A stretch of 64,000 nt of DNA from Octopus sinensis (taxonomy: Eukaryota): contig NC_043003.1 of assembly GCF_006345805.1 (NCBI RefSeq), positions 87,606,001 through 87,670,000 of the forward strand, written 5' to 3'. Under the pieces are notes generated by a model, which had not been told where the DNA came from, ran no database searches, and saw only the letters and a list, made by a program, of their open reading frames with translations. Positions 37,199 through 49,314 of the stretch are shown piece by piece; position 1 is the stretch's first letter, and every line of letters begins with the position of its first letter. The position numbers were made by a program, and so were the translations under genes.

Positions 37199-38114
37199 GA
37201 AGGGCTGTTCTGTATGTTTGTGGAATAGAGAGTTGTGTTCGACCAGAGAGAATCTTAGCATCATCATTTTTTTTTTTTTTCCATGTGCGTTTGTGTTATT
37301 GCAATAAAAAGTGTTTGTATATTTCCTGTAAGGTAATATTGTGGAGGTTGAAGTTACTTTTCTAGAGATGTTTGTATGTCCAGTTAGAAGAACAGGTGTG
37401 TTTTTACAATAAAAAAGTATAGTTTACATTTATATTTGAATATTCAGGGAGGAAGCAAAGAAAAGTCAGATTTTCATAGAAAGTTTTAGGGTTTTGTAAG
37501 TCCACAAAAAGAAAAGCGTGATGTTTTTAGAGAGAAGGAAAAAAAAGAAAAAAAAGGATGTTTACAGAGGCAATTGTGGGTATCAAAGTTTTTAAAGCTG
37601 GTCGAATGTATGATTGAAAACTGTAGATATGTAAATTTGTAAATTTTCTTAACTTATTTTGAAGGGCTGTTCTGTATTATTTGTGAATAGAGAAGCTGTG
37701 TTCGACCAGATAGAATCTTAGCATCATTATTTTTTCCATGTGCGTTTGTGTTATTGCAATAAAAAGTGTTTGTATATTTCGTGCAAGGTAATATTGTGGA
37801 GGTTGAAGTTGACCCCTCTAGAGATGTTTGTATGTCCAGTTAGAAGAACAGGTGTGTTTGTTTTTGCAATAAAGAGTATATGTTTACATTTGTATTTGAA
37901 TATTCTGGAGGGAAGCAAAGAAAAGTCAGATTTTCATAGAAAGTTTTAGGGTTTTGCAAGTCCACAAAAAGAAAAGCATGATGTTTTTAGAGAGGAAAAA
38001 AAAAAAGGGTGCTTACAGAGGCAGTTGTGGGGTATTAAAGTTTTTAAAGCCGATCGGATGTATGTTTGAAAGCTGCAGATATGTAAATTTGTAAATTTCT
38101 TAACCCACTTTGAA
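37199..38114. repeat. Diverged two-copy tandem duplication, ~462-bp period
   Basis: gaagggctgttctgta at 37199 and 37661; the two copies are collinear along their length. Confidence 0.9.
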
Positions 38115-38277
38115 GAGAATTTCAAATACTCACGAGGTATTGTAGATGTTCCAGTCTTTGAGAGTTATTTTTCCCTGTTGCTAAACTGGCCCATATTAGT
38201 GTTTCTATGGCTTTCAGCCACCGAACTGTCAGAGCAGTGAGGAACACGTCCAGCCGCTGTCAAGGCTGGCGCTCTTC

Positions 38278-38280
<3 letters not shown>

Positions 38281-38312
<32 letters not shown>

Positions 38313-40472
38313 TTATTATTATTATTATTATTATTACTATTATTATTATTATTGTTATTATTATTATTACTTATATTGTTATCATTATTATTTTTATAGT
38401 TGTTGTTGTTAACACTAATTGCAGTATTCTATTATTATTATTATTATTATTATTTATGTTTGTATTACTTATATTATTTTTTCTACTTAGATAGAAATTG
38501 TCAAGTTTTCTATTGTTAATTGAGGATATGATGGTAGCTAGGTTATGTGTTAGACTGTATCCTATTCTTATTGTTTTTTTTTCCTTTTTCAAAATGTTTA
38601 TTAATTATATTGAAAATAATTTTACTATGTTGTTTTTCATTTACATAGCGAAAGGGATTATTAACCATAAAGTATCTGTCTCATTATTTTCCTTTTAAGG
38701 GTTTCTTATATTATGTCAAAATTCACTGTTGTTATTCTTATTTTTATATTTAATAGTATTCTTTTTGTTATAATTATTTCTATTATTACTAAAGATTTCA
38801 TTATTGTTTTTGTTATTATAATTGTTGTTGTTGTTATTCTGTCTATTATTATTATTATTATCATTATTATGGGTTGTCCAATCTTATTTATAATATTTCT
38901 ATTTTTTATTTTTATTATTATTGTTGTTATTTTTATTTTTATTTGTGGTAATGTTATATTTGTCTAAACTAAGTATTAAAGTTAATATTATTGGGGATGT
39001 ATTTGATTTTAACTTTATAGCCTGCATTTTGTAATGCTTTATTGTATTTTTCCTCATGCTTTTTAAATATCTCTTCATTAGAAGATAGGTGTGAAATTCT
39101 TTTACTTATATTTAGTAGCAGGGTTTTTTTTATTTGCAGTGGGTGTTTACTAGAATTGTTTATATATTTTAGATTAGAATTTTCTTTTGCATAAGGTTCA
39201 TGGAGTCCAGTATTAAGGTTACAATTTACATCTAAATAGTTTATAGAATAATTTTCATTTTCAATAGTTATGGTCTATTAAAGAATTTATGTAAACACTT
39301 TTTAAGGATTTTGAGACGTCTATTCGAAAGGTTCTTAACTAGGAATAATGTGTCATCTCTATATAGACCTCCAGTTAATTCCGGGAATTCTCTACCTACA
39401 TTGTCTAATAAATAAAGACCTACCAGGTCAGTCATTTCCGCTGAGTCTAGCAATCCCATTGTAATACCAAAGAGATTTGGTGTGTCTTTTCTTGCCCATA
39501 TTTGTTATCAAATTCAATAACAGTTTTGCGGGCAGTAAGTATTACTTTTATTTCTCTCATACTTAGATTAGTGTATCTCTTTGCGAAGATGAGAGCACTA
39601 TTAAGGACTACAGGGTTTATAGAAGCATAATAATTTTGTATATCAATTTGAATTAATTTTTGGTTATGCCCATTTCCTATCTGTATACTGGAAAACCAAT
39701 CTAATGCACCTTGTGTGTTTTTCCATAAACTGAGTTTAACTTTATTTTCTGATTATAGGTAGGTATTTATCTAATAATATTTTACTCAATTTACCTGATT
39801 TATTGGGACAAATTAGCCTAACCTGTGTTTTGTTAGGGAAATTCTCCTTATGGTCCTTAATTGTTATACGTGGTCTTATAGGAGCAAATGGTTCAGTTTT
39901 TTCACCTAAATTAAAATCTAACATAATATTTCTAGCTTCTAGGTTTATCTTTGTTAGTGCAGCATTAGGTACAACCCTATATTTTTTGTTATTTCCCTAT
40001 ATAATAGTTCATGGTATGCGTAGGTGTCAATATTATATATGTTTCCAGTTTTATCAGAATGTGTTAAAATACCATTTTTGTTATCAAATGTTCTTATAAG
40101 TTCTTTCAATTTTCTCTGGTAAGGATTGTGTCTGAGTGGATGGTTCTTAAACTTGGTGTTTTTTATGGTACTCCAAAGATCTTGTTCAAAGTTATCCAGG
40201 TGTTTGTAAGCTGGTGGTGCTTTTCTAGATTTGAATGTATGTTTGGTAAGTTCCAGTATTTCTTCATAGTTATTATTATTATTTCTAGTGTAGCTGTGTT
40301 TGTTGTAAGTTTCAGAGTCCAACTGGGTGAGTTTCTTTTCATGAAGATATATTCTCCAACGAATTCTATGAATAAATTCATTTATCCTAAAGATTAATTC
40401 CTTAATATATGTGCCTTTAGTGGGATAGGTATGTTCTCGGTTCTTCGGATGAGTCCATCGTTATCAACTCCA
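38281..40472 (-). mobile_element. Penelope-like element, RT/thumb part with TAA-rich Asn linker
   Basis: GLLDSAEMTDLVGLYLL, GLYRDDTL, RPRITIKDHKENFP and IRIGYS...N...II..IN.RKL motifs; ends in (TAA)n. Confidence 0.85.
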
Positions 40473-40572
40473 NNNNNNNNNNNNNNNNNNNNNNNNNNNN
40501 NNNNNNNNNNNNNNNNNNNNNNNNNNNNNNNNNNNNNNNNNNNNNNNNNNNNNNNNNNNNNNNNNNNNNNNN
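40473..40572. other. Assembly gap (100 N)
   Basis: Direct inspection. Confidence 1.
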
Positions 40573-40740
40573 ACGGAGTGGTTGGCGTTAGGAAGGGCAT
40601 CCAGCCGTAGAAACTCTGCCAGATTCAGACTGGAGCCTGGAGCGGCCCCTGGCTTCCCAGACCCGGTCGAACCGTCCAACCCGTGCTAGCGCGGAAAGCG
40701 GACGTTAAACGATGATGATGATGATGATGATGATGATGAT
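40573..40740 (+). mobile_element. RTE family-1 3' end with (GAT)n tail
   Basis: ggagtggttggcgttaggaagggcatcc...gacgttaaac(gat)n. Confidence 0.88.
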
Positions 40741-40786
40741 ATATCATGTTATATCTTTTAAAGATTTATATACATATTTACTTACA

Positions 40787-42413
40787 TTTTGTTGGATGGC
40801 CATTGACTGTTCAGATAGAGAAGAATTGGAGCGAGGTGGCAAGCAAGGTAGCTCTCCTAACTCACACCTGGTCTGAGCGGAGGCTGTCCTTGAAAGGGAG
40901 GACAGAAGTTGCAGAGGTGTTTATCGCTTCTCTAATTACTTACCACCTGACCATCGTGCCTTGCCCTGATTCGTGGCTGAGCAAGCTGGAACACATACTC
41001 TTTGTGAAGTATTTGTGAAGGGGCAGCAGACCTCTTGTAAGGCGCTCCATCTGCTGCCAAAAGCCGCTGAAGGGTGGGCTAGGGATGCCATGGCTAAAAA
41101 TGCACTCAGGCTTAGGCACCTCTGGCTTTACCGGGATGGTGAGCAAGTATGGTCTCCGTTCATCAAGCTGTTATTTCCACAGTTCACATTGTTTACCGAA
41201 CTGGACCCATGGATCAAGTGTAGACTGAGGTTGGGTATGTGGCATGCAGAGTGCCATCAGGCACTCGTGCTTCTCTCCCAGTTGGACAATGCCGGTGGCA
41301 GGGGTACTACCTCGTTTGTAGGGTTTGTAGAGTTAGCTGGCCAACCTATTCCAAAGAACATTCGGGCCAGGGCATATGAATAATTACCAAAAGTCCCTGG
41401 CCAGGCAATGTTACATAGAAGCTTTACTGGTTCAAGATAAGCTGTTTAGACATGGGTGTGCGCCTTTGCTGGTTTGTGCAAGATGCGAGCAGGACAGTGA
41501 AACTGTCCTGCACGCAATTATGCAATGCCCCAAAGTGACTGAACTCTGGGCTTATGTCAAACACCTGCTGTTGCACTCAAGAAGACTACAACAGTCGAGT
41601 GAATCTGTAATTAAGATCATTCCGCTGCCCTCCCTGTTTTCTCTTGGTAGTTGCTGTTGTTAAAAAGGTAGTATGGAAGACGAGAGTGAAAGGAATTGCA
41701 ACAGGCATGTTCATCTCCAGTCTTGAGCTAATCAACTTTTTCGTTTTCCACATGAAATAGAAAATAAGGCTGGAGAAGAAATGCCTGTTGCAAAGTGTGT
41801 TTCATAAAAAATGGAAGTCTGTAGCAAGTATGTTGCGACTGAAAGAACCTGTCTAAATGAGAACAAAAAGAGGACAAAGCAAAGTCTTCAGTATGAGTAT
41901 GTGGTTTGTGGGGTTGACCACATCCTCTGCTTCATTTTTTGTAAATCACTCATTCTCATTTAAACGTATGTATTTTAATTGTTTGTTTATTCATACATTT
42001 CGTCCCATTCGATCCCCTGACCCCAATGTTTGTTTTGTCTATCCTCATATTGTCCCCTCCTTTTCTCAACCTCATGGTTAATAAAGATTTGACTGTTCAG
42101 GAGTTCATTCGCCCTTTGACAAGTCTTATTTTTCATTCAAGCAAGCCTGGTGGGGTTGCTAGTTTAGTCGCCGATGATTTGACCATGCAAGAAGTTGTAC
42201 TGGATCACATATTCTGTCAGGTTACTCTTAAGAGCTACTGATAACATATAATCCAGTACAACTTTTAACAAGGTCTGGTCATCGTCGACTAAACTGGCAA
42301 CCCCACCAGGCTTGCTTAGTGAGGAGGGTGTTGTTGGACACCCTATGGGATGAAAAATAAGGCCCATCAGAAGGTGGATGAACTCCTGAACAGTCAATGG
42401 CCATCCAACAAAA
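40787..42413. mobile_element. Foldback/palindromic element (~340 bp) whose left arm is interrupted by an L1/Tx1 LINE
   Basis: Termini ttttgttggatggccattgactgttcag in inverted orientation. Arms 42089-42224 and 42235-42413 flank the central palindrome CTCTTAAGAG (42225-34). Confidence 0.75.
40815..42088 (+). mobile_element. 5'-truncated L1/Tx1-clade LINE with a 12-bp target-site duplication
   Basis: W..R.LSLKGR, CARCEQDSETVLHAIMQC zinc knuckle, AATAAA at the 3' end; TSD ttgactgttcag at 40803-14 and 42089-100. Confidence 0.85.
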
Positions 42414-42494
42414 TATATACACACACACACACATATATATATATACATATATATATCCACATATATATATACATAAAGATATATACATATAGAT

Positions 42495-42527
<33 letters not shown>

Positions 42528-42543
42528 CATACTTATATATATA

Positions 42544-42937
42544 CTAGCAGTATCGCCCGGCGTTGCTCGGGTTGTAAGGGAAATAACTATATAAGCATTT
42601 TTAGATAGTTATAGCCAAAAAATAGCAAAAAAATGCATTAAAGATTGAAAAAAAATTAAGGTAAATTTTTTTTTAAATCGTTGACACATCGTAGATATTT
42701 TTAGAGAGTTACTTCCCTTATATAAAAGCGAAAAAATGCATTAAAATGGAAAAATATGATGGTAAATTTTTTTTAAATCGTAGACTCATTGTAGACGCAC
42801 GCTAATACCCAGAAGGGCTCGATATGAATCACGACTATAAGATACCCGCTTTTGGTTAAACTGCACCGCAAAATGTGGGAGTAGTTACAAATCTAAATTG
42901 TAGGAGACAGACACACAACTTCACTCTTATATAAAGA
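42544..42937 (-). mobile_element. Short non-autonomous Helitron
   Basis: Minus strand A|TCTTTATATAAG... at the 5' end; cccgagcaacgccggg hairpin + CTAG|T at the 3' end. Confidence 0.88.
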
Positions 42938-43263
42938 TGCTTTTTTTTTTTCAGTCATAGAGTTAGATTTATGAAGGTCTTCAGTAGAAAATCCTTCGAA
43001 TTCTGACTCGCTGCTTGATATAATGAAATTCGTATCCATTTTTTGTCAGAATTACAAATTTTGAAAACACAATAGGAACAAATTTCGGAAAAAAATCTCC
43101 CATAATTCACGGAATTAAAATTACACTTCGATTTTTGTACAAAACTGTAGTTGAAGTGTTACGAAGTATAATACGTGTTTTCACGAATGTACTAAAGAGA
43201 TTTGCTCTGATATTCTCATTTAAATATGAATAGGTAAATTCGGGCGGCTTGGTAACGAAAGGG
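42938..43263 (-). mobile_element. piggyBac 5' fragment (same family as 19768-20838)
   Basis: TTAA|CCCTTTCGTTACC terminus (43264-67); collinear with ~19830-20140. Confidence 0.88.
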
Positions 43264-44156
43264 TTAAACGGATGCATACATTTATTAATCTCTTATTATA
43301 ATAACTATATATAAGTGTCGTCTGTTTATACATAAACACTGTTTCATACTGCAATTATATATACATATATCTATATATAATATTATATAATAAAATATAT
43401 ACAGAGTAAAATAAAAACCAATTTACCTTTTCTGTCCGTCCGTGTGTCTTTGCAAATGTGTTGGAATGATAAGTGAGTTGTGTTTTGGTGTTTTGGCGCC
43501 TTTTTTACTAATAACAAACACACACGTGTTTGTATGTAGTTGTATGTGTATGTAGTTGTATATGTATGTGTATGCGTGTGTGTGAGGAATGACACACACA
43601 CACTCACGCACGCACACATGTACATCAATGCTTTCGGAGTGATATGTTAAAATATTGAGTTTTCTCGAATTTTGTCTTAATTGGGGGTGAAATTGAAAGA
43701 AATATATTATGGCATGAGCGAATGGAGTACTTTGAAAAATCTTAGGTAAATTCTAATTGAAGAAATTGTGTGAGGAGTAAATGGTTATGTATTTATTTGT
43801 TTCTGTTTGCTGTGTTTTTTTATTTTTGAGTAGTGGTTTAAATACTTTCAGTTTAGTCTTCCTCAAATCACTCTGTTGCTATTTACTTTCATTTTATTCG
43901 TTGCACACTGTGTGTGTGCGTTTGCGTGTGGTGTAAACCAGACTAAGAAAAGCATTTGACACACACACCAGAATGTGAGTTTTCTGTAAATTTTGCTTAA
44001 TTGGAGTTTAAATTTTAAAAACTGGACCTGGCATGACGCGATGCATTCTACTCTTAAAAATGCTAGGTAAATTGTAATTGAAGAAATCCTATATTGTAGA
44101 TTTCTATAACTCCCAAAGGGAGGCAGATAAAACCTGCCTTTTATAATAAGAGATAT

Positions 44157-44199
<43 letters not shown>

Positions 44200-44204
44200 A
44201 ATAC

Positions 44205-44235
<31 letters not shown>

Positions 44236-44244
44236 TATACAGAC

Positions 44245-44595
44245 ACAGAAGCCAGCTCCGCCTCGACTGGCTTCTGTGTCGGTGGCACATAAAAAGCACC
44301 ATCCGAATCGTGGCCGAAGCCAGTGCCGCTTCGACTGGCTTCCGTGCCGGTGGCACATAAAATGCACCAATCCGACCGTGGCCGATGCCAGCCTCGCCTG
44401 GCACCAGTGCAGGTGGCACGTAAAAAGCACCCATTACATTCACAGAGTGGTTGGCGTTAGGAAGGGCATCCAGCTGTAGAAACATTGCCAGATAAGACCG
44501 GAGCCTGGTGCAGCCTTCTGGCTTCCCAGATCCCCGGTCGAACCGTCCAACCCATACTAGCATGGAGAACGGACGTTAAACGATGATGATGATGA
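44245..44595 (+). mobile_element. RTE family-1 3'UTR fragment
   Basis: Tandem gccggtggcac.taaaaagcacc units and (GAT)n tail. Confidence 0.85.
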
Positions 44596-44856
44596 CATAT
44601 ACACACACACACATATATATATATGAAAGAGAGAGAGAGAGACAAACAGTCAATAGGTGAGATCCAGAAATCCTCACTATAGAAAGTACATAGTAGAACT
44701 CAAATGATTTGAAGTTATACTCTGAAGTCTTTATCGAAGATTAAGTCTGTAGGTAAAGAGTGGTTATAAGAAAAATGCATGTGAGATGATATGGCTTTAG
44801 TGATGGCTACAAACAGGGCTTGATATATGAAAAAAACATACATACACACACACACA

Positions 44857-45042
44857 CGAGGGGTGCTGAAAAGTTCCCCACTTGGGTAAAATAAAATATA
44901 GGAGAATCATTTAATTATGATTTTATTCAACATATTCCCCTTTTAGATTCACACAGTTATTGCAGCAGTCCTTCAGTTTCTCTAAGCTCTGTAAAGATCT
45001 CAGAAGGTTCCCTTCAAACCAGAAACTTTTCAGTACTCTCTC
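44857..45042. mobile_element. Mariner-derived MITE
   Basis: TIR cgaggggtgctgaaaagtt / aacttttcagtactctctc, resembling the TIR of 56135-57361. Confidence 0.65.
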
Positions 45043-45877
45043 ATATATATGTGTGTGTGTGTGTGTGTGTGTATGTATATATATATATATATATATATAT
45101 CATCATCATATATATGAGAGAGAGAGAGAAACTGAAAAATATTCAGATGAACACTCATGTATGAGCATATAGATGTTTATATATTTACAAAATAAATTTA
45201 CATGGAGTACAAAAAATACAGAAAACTAACAGGAAATGGCATGGTATTTTAAGTCCAACAACTCTTTCTGGGTGCTTGGAATTACATAATAGTTGTAATG
45301 GGGTGCACAAAAAGTCAAGTATATGCAACCAGCAGAGGATTTGTATAAATATTATAACACCAGCCTCCTTAACCAGGGTAGAATTATTGGCAAAATAGCG
45401 ATTTACATCATGGTGCGAGAAAATTTAAGGGTAGAGTAGAAGAGGAAGGTAAATAAAGCACATACAAGGTAAATAAAAGTACATACATAGGCAGTTCAGA
45501 GGAGGAGGGAGTTTTAAAACAGAAAGGGCAAGAAGAAGCAGGAGATGCAGAAAAGGGAGATGTTTAACTTGTCACCAGTACACAACTGTATCTGCAGTTA
45601 GGCACTACTATGTTTCTTACTCCACTTAGCTAACAAGCTCTGTATCATCTGATGCAACTTCTCCTTTTCTCATCATTCCCCTCACCTCTACTAAAGATAA
45701 CCTTTCCTTCTCAAAACTGCAAATCCTTGGTAAAACACTCTTTGCTGATGCTTTCCCTACATGCAATCAGCCGACAAAGCTCAAGTTGAGTATTGACTGC
45801 AAAAGCTTTGGAAAGCAAGTCAAAGTTACAAGCATTTTGCTAATGACCTTAATCCTTGGATTAAATAAAAAAAAAAA

Positions 45878-46093
45878 ATCCTTTCTACTATAAGCACAAG
45901 ACCTGAAATTTAAGGGGAGAGAACTAGTTTTAACATTGACCCCAGTGTTTCGCTGGTACTTAATTTATCGACCCCAAAAGGACAAAAGGCAAAGTTGACC
46001 CCATCAGAATTTGAACTCAGAACATAAAAACAGATGAAATGCCGCTAAGCATTTTACCCAGCATGCTCATGATTCTGCCAGTTTGCCACCTTA
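45878..46093 (-). mobile_element. MetaSINE-like SINE (family as 13915)
   Basis: Shared head and central domain. Confidence 0.75.
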
Positions 46094-46254
46094 ATGATAA
46101 TAATAATAATAATAATAGAAGTAACCAACTAACTAATGCAAAAAAACATAATGTCTTTCAAAGAAGTATGTACATGTCACAAGATCACATCATCTTTGCA
46201 GTGTAGTTTGGATTTCTAATGTCTACTGTGGAAGAAAAAAGTGAAACCTCAATT

Positions 46255-46760
46255 GGAGATTTTTCATTTGTTTCAGTCACTGGCCTGCAACCAAGCTGTG
46301 ACACCACTTTGAAGAGTTCAGTTGAATAAACTGACCCTACTATATATTTTAAGTCTGATACTTATTCTATCAGTTACAATGATATAAACTCTTTCAGGTG
46401 GTGAAGGGGAGGACAAATGCAAACACTTGCATACATATACATGGTAGGCTTTCACACAGTTTCTGCTTACCAAATCTATTCACCGGGCATTAGTCAACCC
46501 AAAACTAAAGAAGCTACTTGCTACTGTGCAGTGGACTGAACTTGAAACCATGTGATTACATAGCAGACTTTTTAATCATAAACTCATACTTGCACCTATA
46601 TATAATATATACAGGCATAGCTCTGTGGTAAGAAGTTTGCTTCTCAACTACATGGTTCCAGGTGTGGCATCTAGAGCAAGTGTCTTCTGTTATAACCCTG
46701 AGCTGATCAAAGTCTAACAAGTGGATTTGGTAGACTGTAACTAAAAGAAGCCCATCATAT
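46255..46760. mobile_element. Two diverged family-A SINE copies in opposite orientation (-, then +)
   Basis: 46255-46590 reverse; 46612-46760 forward head. Confidence 0.7.
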
Positions 46761-47036
46761 AATAAGGGCTGTAGTTAAATGACTGCAAAGTAAAAGAACA
46801 CATACACACACCACACACACACATATATATAGTAAATCCAAAAAAGAAGAACAAACACAAAAAAAACAACAACATGAGGATGTGGTACATGTAAATTATT
46901 AGCAGACGCTCAGGGAAGGAAAGAAAGATGGGTTAACGTTTCAAGCAAACGCTCTTCTTTGGAAACAATAGAAAGGAAGATGGAGGAAGAAAATCACCAA
47001 CGATTCACATGTGGTTACATTTATATATTATATATA

Positions 47037-47880
47037 TTAGTTCGCCCCATAAATAATAGTGTTTTTATACTTCTTTTATTTTTCAAAATTAAGATAAACA
47101 AAGTTCTTTTTTAATCTAAAATATATTTTCCTTCATTTTCTACAACGCTCTTCCATCTATCTGGTAGACTTGCAAGGCCCCTCTTCCAAAATTCACTTGT
47201 CCGTAATGAAAAATACTCTTCAAATACTGTTCTGACCTCGTCTGCAGAATATATATTTTTTCTGTCCAAATGATTTTGAAGACTGCAGAATCAGAATTAG
47301 ATGGGGCAATGTCCGGTGAATATGGTGGGTGAAGCATTGTTTACCATTCAAACTGCTCCAGCCTTTGGAATGTCATCCTTGTTGTATGTAGCCGAGCATT
47401 ACCCTGATGAAAGAATACCATTCATCTTGAAACCAAAGATGTTTGTTTTTCTTCTAGCGCTGACTAAAGCTACTCACAGCAGATCTTTGTTATCATTTGG
47501 TTTGGGTTTAAAAGTTCAAAGTGGACTAAACCTTTCATATCGCACCAAACCGATAACAACACCCTACATGGGTGAAGACCTTCTTTAGCCTGGGGTGCTG
47601 GTGCTTCTTCTTTTCCTGCCCACTGTCTTTGGTGCTTGACATTTTTACAGAGAACCCATTTCTCATCACCAGTCACTATTCAGTCCAAAAAAGGTTCATT
47701 CGCAAGACATGATAGAAAAGAAGAGCACACCTTCACTCTCTGCATGCTATTAGACTCAGAAAATTTGTGAGGAACCCATTCACTCAATTTGCTGACTTTC
47801 CCAATGGCACACAGGTGTCAATGAATGGTTGAATGACCAAATCCAAACTTTTCCCCTAGTTCCTCAACAATTACACCAGG
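47037..47880 (-). mobile_element. Mariner transposon fragment
   Basis: MTGDEKWV, VLLSVWCD.KG..HFELL and HPPYSPDIAPS motifs; one TIR next to TA. Confidence 0.85.
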
Positions 47881-47924
47881 GTTTGCAGGACATCCTCATT
47901 GAGCTCTATAGATCTTTCAGGATG

Positions 47925-48870
47925 GGGCTCGTCTTCTATATAATCCATGATTATATAGAGATGATGGCCTTATAGTCACCCAGAATTTAAATGGCCATGA
48001 ATTAGATAAGCTTAGGAAGGATCTAATTGTTCTCTTCCAAAGGATGAGCTTATGGATTACGATAGATACTAACCATAAAAGTGTAGATTTCTTAGATATA
48101 AATTTAGATTTACAGTCAGATAAATTCAAACCTTACTGTAAGCCTAATAATAAGTTATCTTATATTAGCAAAGAATCCAATCATCTGGCAGTTATTCTTA
48201 GGAACTTAGTCAGTAACGTTGGTAGACGAATATTGTCAATTTCTTCACATGAGGCAGCATTTCAAAATGCTGCACCCTTTTATAATAGCACATTAAGGAA
48301 TAGTGGATTCTCTGAGAAGATCCAGTATAACCAACTTGATGCTACCATTAATGCAACACATAGAACTATGACAAGGAGGGTTTTGTGGTTCAACCGAGCT
48401 GTTAATATGGCTGTAAAAACAAATGTAGGTAGGGAATTCTTAGAATTACTCTCTAGACAATTTCAAGCTAACCATAAGTTTTATAGAATATTTAATAGAA
48501 AAATGCTTAAGATCAGCTATTCTTGTTGCAAAAACTTTGCCTCTTTCATTAACCAACACAACAATAAGATAATTGCAAATAACCACACTGCCGATTCTTT
48601 TCCCAAGAATTACAATTGCAAAGATGGGACCTCCTGTCTGTTAGAAGGAAAATGTCTGGAGAGGAATTGTGTATAGAGCCAAAGTGCAAATAGAAGGCTC
48701 ACATGAATATAGAACTTACACAGGGGCTTCTGAAAATACTTTCAAGTACCGATTTTATTCTCATAGAAATTTCTTCCAATACCCCAAAAATAGGACAAAG
48801 ACCAGCCTGGCAAAATATGTCTGGGAATTAAAAGAAAATGAAACCTGGCCTTTCAACGTGACATAGAGAT
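47925..48870 (+). mobile_element. Penelope-like element, 5'-truncated (RT C-terminus + GIY-YIG)
   Basis: YRDDGL, DFLDINL, SNH, WFN, ISYSC..N, C.CKDG..CLLEG.C, VY.A.V and YTG.SE..FK.RFY.H motifs. Confidence 0.9.
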
Positions 48871-49314
48871 TTTTGTACATGCGTATGGTTGTGTGCATAT
48901 ATGTATATGTGTATTTGTGCGTATATTTATGTCTTACATATATGCCTGCATATGTATGTAACTATGTGCATGCATCTGTGTATTTTGCTGTATATATGTA
49001 TATTATAGCTGGTCTAGTATGGGTATATACTGTTGTAAATTATTTATGTCATGCAGTATGAAAATGTTAATTTTAGTGTATTAATTGATTTGTATTTCCT
49101 ATGTAATTATTTACAATATGCACTTCAAATCCACTCTTCAATTTAAAGTTTTCTTTGATTTTACAGAAGGATGAATTTATATTGAATTCATTTATTTTGT
49201 CCATTGTATGCTTCAGACCGTTAATTGAAAGGACCAATGAAACGAATCCATTTTTAAGGGTGTCTCCTTTAACTAGTTTTGATTATATCGTTATTTCTGT
49301 TCCATTTTGACAAA

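Noticed and set aside
38207-38967. Poly-Ile/Tyr hydrophobic plus-strand ORFs (also 32544-32930 and 14241-14807)
   Set aside because: Antisense readings of (TAA)n or CT-rich tracts, not membrane proteins.
46190-46240. Minus-strand acceptor ttttttcttccacag followed by xDIRNPNYTAKMM* as a FAR last exon
   Set aside because: Phase 0, required by the previous FAR exon, gives an immediate stop; no FAR similarity.
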